NCBI GenBank assembly: GCA_017618495.1
Contig: JAFZUD010000020.1
Coordinates: 1-30,429, forward strand
DNA: 30,429 bases
Direction: 5' to 3'
DNA from: Bacilli bacterium
GTDB lineage: Bacteria; Bacillota_I; Bacilli_A; RFN20; CAG-826
Part shown: positions 25,323 to 30,429 of the stretch, in pieces
How positions within the stretch are numbered: the stretch's first letter is position 1
Layout of the letters: every line of letters begins with the position of its first letter
The notes under the pieces: generated by a model
What the model saw: the letters and a program-made list of their open reading frames with translations, nothing else
Told to the model about the DNA's origin: nothing
Database searches by the model: none
Program-made: the position numbers and the translations under genes

Positions 25323-25328
25323 TCGGCT

Positions 25329-25943
25329 ATGAGAAATGATTTACTAACAAGCACCAAATCGGTTTTCAAACCAAACGAACTCTTTTCTAGTGCTGACATC
25401 AACGACAAAAACATGTCTGAGGCAGCGAAGAAGGAAGGGTTAGTCAGATTGGTTAAATCCGGTGATCTTAAGCGTTATTCCTACGGTTTCTATTACATCC
25501 CTGGCCATGGTGAGCCTAGCGTATCCGAAGCAATAGAACTCCGTTACATATCACGCGGAAAAGACGTCTATGGATTCTACACTGGCGAATGCTTTTTGAT
25601 GTCTATTAACAACCGCAAAATTTCCGTCAATGAAAAAGTCGAAATCATGACCAATAAGGCCACTAGCGGAAAGAAAAACGTCTATATGTTTGGAAAGCGG
25701 TTTACCCTTAGAAAACCATACTATCCAATAGATAAAAACAACGTCACGCTTAATGCCTTTTTGGCCTATATCGCGATGACTCCATTAAGCCGAATTAAGG
25801 AAAATTATTCTGTCTTAGCAGACTATATTAAGAAGGCCCATTTGGCTGCAAACGATGTCATGGAGATGGCGGTTTATTATCCCGCCAAGACAGCCTCAAA
25901 ACTCCTGGCTTCAGACCTATATAGATCGCTTTGGAAGCATTAA
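25329..25943 (+). CDS. AbiEi/DUF6088-like winged-helix protein (type IV TA antitoxin-like), no adjacent toxin
   Basis: 204 aa. LVRLVKSGDLKRYSYGFYYIP (wHTH wing), IELRYI, VYGFYTG, EIMTN and LRKP follow the AbiEi pattern. Start moved to ATG 25329 on the basis of the promoter position. Confidence 0.65.
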   Translation: MRNDLLTSTKSVFKPNELFSSADINDKNMSEAAKKEGLVRLVKSGDLKRYSYGFYYIPGHGEPSVSEAIELRYISRGKDVYGFYTGECFLMSINNRKISVNEKVEIMTNKATSGKKNVYMFGKRFTLRKPYYPIDKNNVTLNAFLAYIAMTPLSRIKENYSVLADYIKKAHLAANDVMEMAVYYPAKTASKLLASDLYRSLWKH

Positions 25944-25971
25944 AAAACAGGCCCTAAACGAGCCTGTTTTT
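25943..25971. terminator. Bidirectional intrinsic terminator
   Basis: AAAAACAGGC/GCCTGTTTTT perfect arms between convergent genes. Confidence 0.85.
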
Positions 25972-25988
25972 ATTACCTTTATATTAGG

Positions 25989-27152
25989 TTATTTTTGCTC
26001 TTCGCCAAGGGCTAATTCGCCATACTCAGAGAAGTCCCAATCTTTATGTTTTTTGACGATAACCTTGAGGGCTTCTTTCATAAGATATTCTTCCGCGGAA
26101 CGTTTGTCTTCACCGGAGTTTTTAATCGCGGACTCGGCTTTATCCATAGCAAGCTTTGTTTCGCCTTCGGATTCTTCAACCAAACCACTGATAAGGATAT
26201 AAGCTCTAACAGCAGGTCCAGTGCTTAAGTTGGCGATAAATTTCTTCTCCTCGAGTTTGAGGCTGATGTACTCCTCTTTAGCCTCATTTAATGGGTTTAA
26301 GTAGAGGTGAAGAGCCATCTTCTGAGCGACGGCGTTGAGGTAGATTTTAGAAGAAACAGAGTTCTTGCTGTTGATGGTAAACTCGTTAATTCTTAAGGCC
26401 TCATCGTAGTTCTTTTCGTTCAAAGCTTTGTATAAGGCAACTTCGTTGAGCTTAACGGTGAAGTCAGTGACTGATTCATAGACCTTGGTCTCACCGACAT
26501 CTTCGCCACGGGCCATCTTGTCCTCGGCCATAAGGATTTGGTTATAGGCAATAACGTTGGTTTTGCTGTTGAAGATGACGAAGTAGGCGCCATCGTTTTT
26601 GGAGTCGAGAGCGGCCGGGAAGATATCGTAAATGAAGATCAAGCAGCCAACGGTAAGAACCGTAATACCAACAATTTTTAAGGTAACCGCACCCTGAACG
26701 GCGGAGTTATTTCCAAGGACGATAAGGACAACGCAAAGGATGACTTCGAGAAGGAAAAGGACAAGAGGCATGAAAATAAATGGTCTTGGGTTGCTCTTTT
26801 CGACATCATTAGGAACAACCTTGGTTTCTCCTGTCAAACCGTCGAATCCACCGAATCCAACCTTCATCTTGCCTTCTTTATCGCGCTTAAAGGCAATGCC
26901 TAAGCAGGTCCAGGAGGCAACCTTATAACCCCCTATTTTCGCGCCCAAAAGGTGTCCGAGCTCTAAAACTACGGCAGTTAAGACGAGTCCGACTAAGACA
27001 GAGAGCAAAATAAGTAAGAAACCTTCCATTGGTAACTGGCTGGAAATGCTATTGTCGGTTAATAAAGGTCTAATGACGCCAAAACCGACGCCAACTGCGG
27101 CGCCGAGCATGATGGCGTATACGATATAACCCATCACATCGTTCTTCTTCAT
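25989..27152 (-). CDS. M50/site-2-protease-like membrane protein with degenerate Zn motif and helical C-terminal domain
   Basis: 387 aa from ATG 27152 (AAAGGAGGA RBS). TM helix with VVLELGH at the HExxH position, downstream KNDG, and a soluble alpha-helical C-terminal half. Confidence 0.6.
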   Translation of the reverse strand: MKKNDVMGYIVYAIMLGAAVGVGFGVIRPLLTDNSISSQLPMEGFLLILLSVLVGLVLTAVVLELGHLLGAKIGGYKVASWTCLGIAFKRDKEGKMKVGFGGFDGLTGETKVVPNDVEKSNPRPFIFMPLVLFLLEVILCVVLIVLGNNSAVQGAVTLKIVGITVLTVGCLIFIYDIFPAALDSKNDGAYFVIFNSKTNVIAYNQILMAEDKMARGEDVGETKVYESVTDFTVKLNEVALYKALNEKNYDEALRINEFTINSKNSVSSKIYLNAVAQKMALHLYLNPLNEAKEEYISLKLEEKKFIANLSTGPAVRAYILISGLVEESEGETKLAMDKAESAIKNSGEDKRSAEEYLMKEALKVIVKKHKDWDFSEYGELALGEEQK

Positions 27153-27168
27153 ATAAAAATCCTCCTTT

Positions 27169-27324
27169 AATAGGCAATAAATCCTCTTATCGCCTATTCG
27201 TCTAGTGGTTGGTGGTAAAGCCAATCACACGTGTACTTATACCCTTAACCAGACGAATTAATTGGGAGGTCGTTAACTCAATTATCCTAGGAGAAACTAT
27301 ATTGTTTCTCTTCGGTCGACCTCC
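27169..27324 (-). ncRNA. Candidate structured RNA or cis-regulatory element, unassigned
   Basis: Five helices visible in a 215-nt intergenic region (see findings). Not matched by eye to a known family. Confidence 0.45.
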
Positions 27325-27367
27325 ATTATAATTGCTTTCCCTTTCTATTTCTTCAAAAAACGAACTT

Positions 27368-27925
27368 TTACCTCTTTTTCTCTTCTCTTGAGAGCTCAAC
27401 CAAGGCCGGAAGAACGGTCACAAGCGAAGCAGTTATATAGCGTTTCATATAACGATCGAATTTGCTAACAGTAATTGTCGCATCGCGGAAACAGTAACCA
27501 AATTCATTACCGACGATGCTTGCGTATCTACGTGAGATATTACGATAGCTAGCAACGCTTAAGCTGTAGTTATTCGCGTTGTTTAAGATGGTGAAAACCT
27601 TCGAGATTATCTTGTTATAGAAGAAAGCGTCTACCAAATCGTGGGCGGCGCTGTTATAGCTCGAACGGATGAAAGAGAAGTTGTTTTTGGAGTATTCGAG
27701 GATTGCTAAAAGAACCCCTTTAACATCCTTGGCTTCATTAACCCCTTCGACAACCTCGTTGAGGAAAACAGCGGCGAGAAGGTCATAGATGTCGGTGTAG
27801 TGGTAGTAGAAAGTCTGCCTGTGGCACCCACATTTCTCACAAAGAGTGGTGACGTTGATGTCATTAAGCGATTTCGTCTGCATTAATTCCTTTAACGCAT
27901 ACTTTAGCTTGGCTTCGGTGATCAT
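27368..27925 (-). CDS. TetR/AcrR-family transcriptional regulator (DhaS-like C-terminal type)
   Basis: HTH motif INVTTLCEKCGCHRQTFYYHYTDIYDLL. ATGA overlap with the ATPase stop; AGGAGG RBS. Confidence 0.9.
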   Translation of the reverse strand: MITEAKLKYALKELMQTKSLNDINVTTLCEKCGCHRQTFYYHYTDIYDLLAAVFLNEVVEGVNEAKDVKGVLLAILEYSKNNFSFIRSSYNSAAHDLVDAFFYNKIISKVFTILNNANNYSLSVASYRNISRRYASIVGNEFGYCFRDATITVSKFDRYMKRYITASLVTVLPALVELSREEKKR

Positions 27926-30405
27926 AGTCCCTCCTTTCCTTTTTCTTTATTTCTTCTTCTGTTGTTTCTAATGTTCTGGAAAAGGATATCGAGAAGGACA
28001 TAAATGATGGCCACGAAGGCGATCATCATACCTAATATCGCCCAATGTGCGACATCTAATGCCTGGATATCCAAACCCATAAGGAACGTTTCTTTTCCGC
28101 TTTGAGCAAGCGGTGGCCAGAAAACATCCACATAGAAGATCAAAATCGAAACGACAACCGCTCCCGCAAAAACGGTGCCTCTGTAGAGGTCGAGAGGGAA
28201 GCAAATGATGAGGAAGGAAAGTAATGATATGACCGTGAAAGCAACGACACTCATGGTTTTTGCTTCCTCAACTGACACGAATTCAGGAGCGAAGACGCTG
28301 GCTAAATAGAGGGCGACAACACACAAGACCTCGGCTATTCCGCCAGGGATGGTATGTGACATAACGCCTTCCATAAACCCGCCTTTGAGCCTCTTTGACG
28401 CAGGTTGAAGCGCGAGGAAGAATCCTCCGGCACCGATGGAAACGATTTCCCAAATGAGCATGTTTCTGGTTTCGAAAGGATAGCTTGGTCCGCCAACAAG
28501 CATGGATATTAAGAAGATAAAGCTTACGATGACCGCAAACATATTCTTAATAAGGAAGAGCGAAGCGGTTCTCTGGAGGTTATTAATGACACGGCGTCCT
28601 TCGGCAACAACATCAGGAAGCTTGGAGAAGTCATTATCGACGGAGATCATATGGGCGCTGCTTCTAGCTGCGCTCGATCCGGAAGCCATGGCGATAGAGC
28701 AATCAGCGCTCTTGAGAGCGAGAATGTCGTTAACACCGTCTCCGGTCATAGCGACTTTGTGTCCTTGTGCCTGCATGGCTTTAACTAATAAGGATTTTTG
28801 CTCAGGTGTAACGCGCCCGAAGACAGAGTACTTGCTGACAATCTCAGGAATCTGTGAGTCTTCGATGGTCTGCATGTTCACATAGTTGTCCGCGTTTTCG
28901 ACTCCAACACGCTTAGCAATTTCTTTAACGGTGATTGGATCGTCACCAGAAATGATCTTGATATCAACGCCGTTGTTCTTGAACCATTCGATGTTCGCCT
29001 TGGCGTCTGGTTTGATTGTGTCAGTGATTCCTAAAATACCAATTAATTCAAGTTTTGCAGGCAATTTTTCGTTTTTGATAGGCTTTTGGCTCCAATAAAC
29101 AGCCAGGACACGATAGCCAATTCCCATAAGTTCATGGATCTTGTTGGCCACAAAATCCTTATCCACGGAATCAACGAAACCATAGGCTCCAATAACGAAG
29201 GTTCCTTCTTCTCCGAAGGTTGCCGCGCTGTACTTCTTCTCTGAATCGAAGGCGATGGTTTCGGTTGCTTCAATCTCCAAAGGATTAAAGGCGGCAGCAA
29301 TGGCTTTGGCGGTTCCGTTCTGATCGCCAGTGGCTTTAACAATGCTGGCAATATAGGAGCCAAGCATCTCGTCACTATAGTTGTTGCTGTAGTTGTAGAG
29401 GGTCTCGACACCAAGGTTTCCATCCGTTAGGGTACCTGTTTTGTCGAAGCAAATCGTGTCGACTCTAGCGAGCATCTCAATACAGTAGAGCTCTTGAACG
29501 TTCATGTGTTTGTTAGCGAGATTAAGAACACCAACGGTTAAGGTTAACGAAGTTAAAAGGTATAAACCAGCTGGAATCATGGCGACTATAGAGCCAGATA
29601 AGTTCTTTGCGAGTTCCTGGAAATCTTCGAATGTGATGTTCCAATTAAGCTTCGCGGCCCAAACAAGGGTCATCGCAAGGCCCATAACTACGGCGATTGT
29701 GCCGGTCACATAGAAGATGTTGAGGGTTGAACGCTTGATTTCGCTCTTTGGTCTGTTGAATTTCTTTGCCTCGTCTTGGAGACCTTCCGCATAGTTGGCA
29801 ATTCCGACGCTAGTGACTCTAACGTAGGCTTTTCCAGAGACGACAACGGTTCCAGAAAGAATCTTGTCCCCAGGAACTTTGTTAATCTTTTCGGCCTCGC
29901 CAGTAACCAAAGACTCATCAACTGAGATAGTTCCCTCAATCAAAACGCCATCGGTCGCGATTTGGTCTCCGGTTTGATAGATAACGATGTCGTGGAGAAC
30001 GATCTTCTCCATTTCGATATCTACTTCTTCGCCGTTTCTGACGCCGCGAACCTTTGGGTCGGTGATAAGCTTAAGCTTATCAACCGCAAGTCTTGCTCTG
30101 ATGTCGGAGACAACGCCAATGATGACGTTACTAACGACAGGAACCAAGAAAAGGAAGTTCGAAAAAGCCAATTTGGCGTTCGCCATCAAGTTGACGATGA
30201 TGATGTAGATGAAGTTAAAGAACGTGAAAACGTTGTCCAAAAGGATCTGCCAAATGGATTTGGTGACCTTCTTTTGGGTCTTATTAACGAAGCCTTGTTT
30301 CTTTCTAAGCTCAACTTCTTCGGTTGAGAGACCTTCGTGTGGACCCTTTTCTATGTATTCTGCTTTCTGAATTAAATTAATTAATTCATCTCTTCTTTTG
30401 GACAT
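27922..30405 (-). CDS. P-type ATPase (CtpE-like), M4 motif PAGL
   Basis: DESLVTGE, phosphorylation site DKTGT (29431-29445), SGDDP, FGRVTPEQK and MTGDGVND; about 10 TM segments. Confidence 0.92.
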   Translation of the reverse strand: MSKRRDELINLIQKAEYIEKGPHEGLSTEEVELRKKQGFVNKTQKKVTKSIWQILLDNVFTFFNFIYIIIVNLMANAKLAFSNFLFLVPVVSNVIIGVVSDIRARLAVDKLKLITDPKVRGVRNGEEVDIEMEKIVLHDIVIYQTGDQIATDGVLIEGTISVDESLVTGEAEKINKVPGDKILSGTVVVSGKAYVRVTSVGIANYAEGLQDEAKKFNRPKSEIKRSTLNIFYVTGTIAVVMGLAMTLVWAAKLNWNITFEDFQELAKNLSGSIVAMIPAGLYLLTSLTLTVGVLNLANKHMNVQELYCIEMLARVDTICFDKTGTLTDGNLGVETLYNYSNNYSDEMLGSYIASIVKATGDQNGTAKAIAAAFNPLEIEATETIAFDSEKKYSAATFGEEGTFVIGAYGFVDSVDKDFVANKIHELMGIGYRVLAVYWSQKPIKNEKLPAKLELIGILGITDTIKPDAKANIEWFKNNGVDIKIISGDDPITVKEIAKRVGVENADNYVNMQTIEDSQIPEIVSKYSVFGRVTPEQKSLLVKAMQAQGHKVAMTGDGVNDILALKSADCSIAMASGSSAARSSAHMISVDNDFSKLPDVVAEGRRVINNLQRTASLFLIKNMFAVIVSFIFLISMLVGGPSYPFETRNMLIWEIVSIGAGGFFLALQPASKRLKGGFMEGVMSHTIPGGIAEVLCVVALYLASVFAPEFVSVEEAKTMSVVAFTVISLLSFLIICFPLDLYRGTVFAGAVVVSILIFYVDVFWPPLAQSGKETFLMGLDIQALDVAHWAILGMMIAFVAIIYVLLDILFQNIRNNRRRNKEKGKEGL

Positions 30406-30414
30406 AGCCTTGAA

Positions 30415-30423
30415 AGTATAGCA
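30415..30423 (-). promoter_or_regulatory. Extended -10 promoter (TGcTATACT) 9 nt before the ATPase ATG
   Basis: TGCTATACT-ttcaaggct-ATG, with no strong SD sequence. Confidence 0.6.
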
Positions 30424-30429
30424 TTAAAA

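Noticed and set aside
25284-25328. 15-aa N-terminal extension of the AbiEi-like ORF
   Set aside because: It runs through the promoter and repeat; the perfect extended -10 places the start at 25329.
27202-27399. 65-aa ORF and a 9-codon uORF (MEVDRRETI) across the structured intergenic region
   Set aside because: No RBS and no recognisable leader-peptide composition; the sequence is better explained by base-pairing constraints.
1-30429. tRNA/rRNA genes, CRISPR arrays, IS elements, integrases or a prophage
   Set aside because: No T-loop/CCA cloverleaf signatures, regular repeat-spacer arrays, DDE or tyrosine recombinase motifs, or phage genes were seen. The right third looks somewhat more AT-rich by eye, but it contains core genes (metG, rpmE, rlmD), so it is not called an island.

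Overview
Chromosomal window from a moderate-GC anaerobic Bacillota genome. Standard code 11 is used (TGA stops in ATGA overlaps). The short MetRS and CxxC/CxxC L31 suggest a reduced Erysipelotrichales/Mollicutes-adjacent gut or rumen lineage (inference). About 27 genes, mostly on the minus strand: a P-II-like/DUF1538 pair, an RluA pseudouridine synthase, a two-gene putrescine pathway (arginine decarboxylase-agmatine deiminase fusion plus aguB), a glf-GH3-GT2 glycan cluster, an Xaa-Pro peptidase, an uncharacterised pair of radical SAM genes, hsp20 under a double CIRCE, a PIN-domain protein with an internal duplicated module, ROK kinase, nitroreductase, YoaK, rlmD, metG, rpmE, an MBL hydrolase, an orphan AbiEi-like gene, a degenerate M50-like membrane protein, a TetR regulator and a P-type ATPase with a variant M4 motif. 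No tRNA, rRNA, CRISPR array, transposase or integrase was seen. Best leads: (1) the decarboxylase-deiminase fusion; (2) the radical SAM pair; (3) a ~155-nt multi-helix intergenic element at 27169-27324 that I could not match by eye to a known RNA family; (4) the PIN protein architecture; (5) the PAGL-type ATPase/TetR/pseudoprotease block; (6) the toxin-less AbiEi-like gene with a duplicated promoter segment. All family calls come from motif recognition by eye; no database searches were run.
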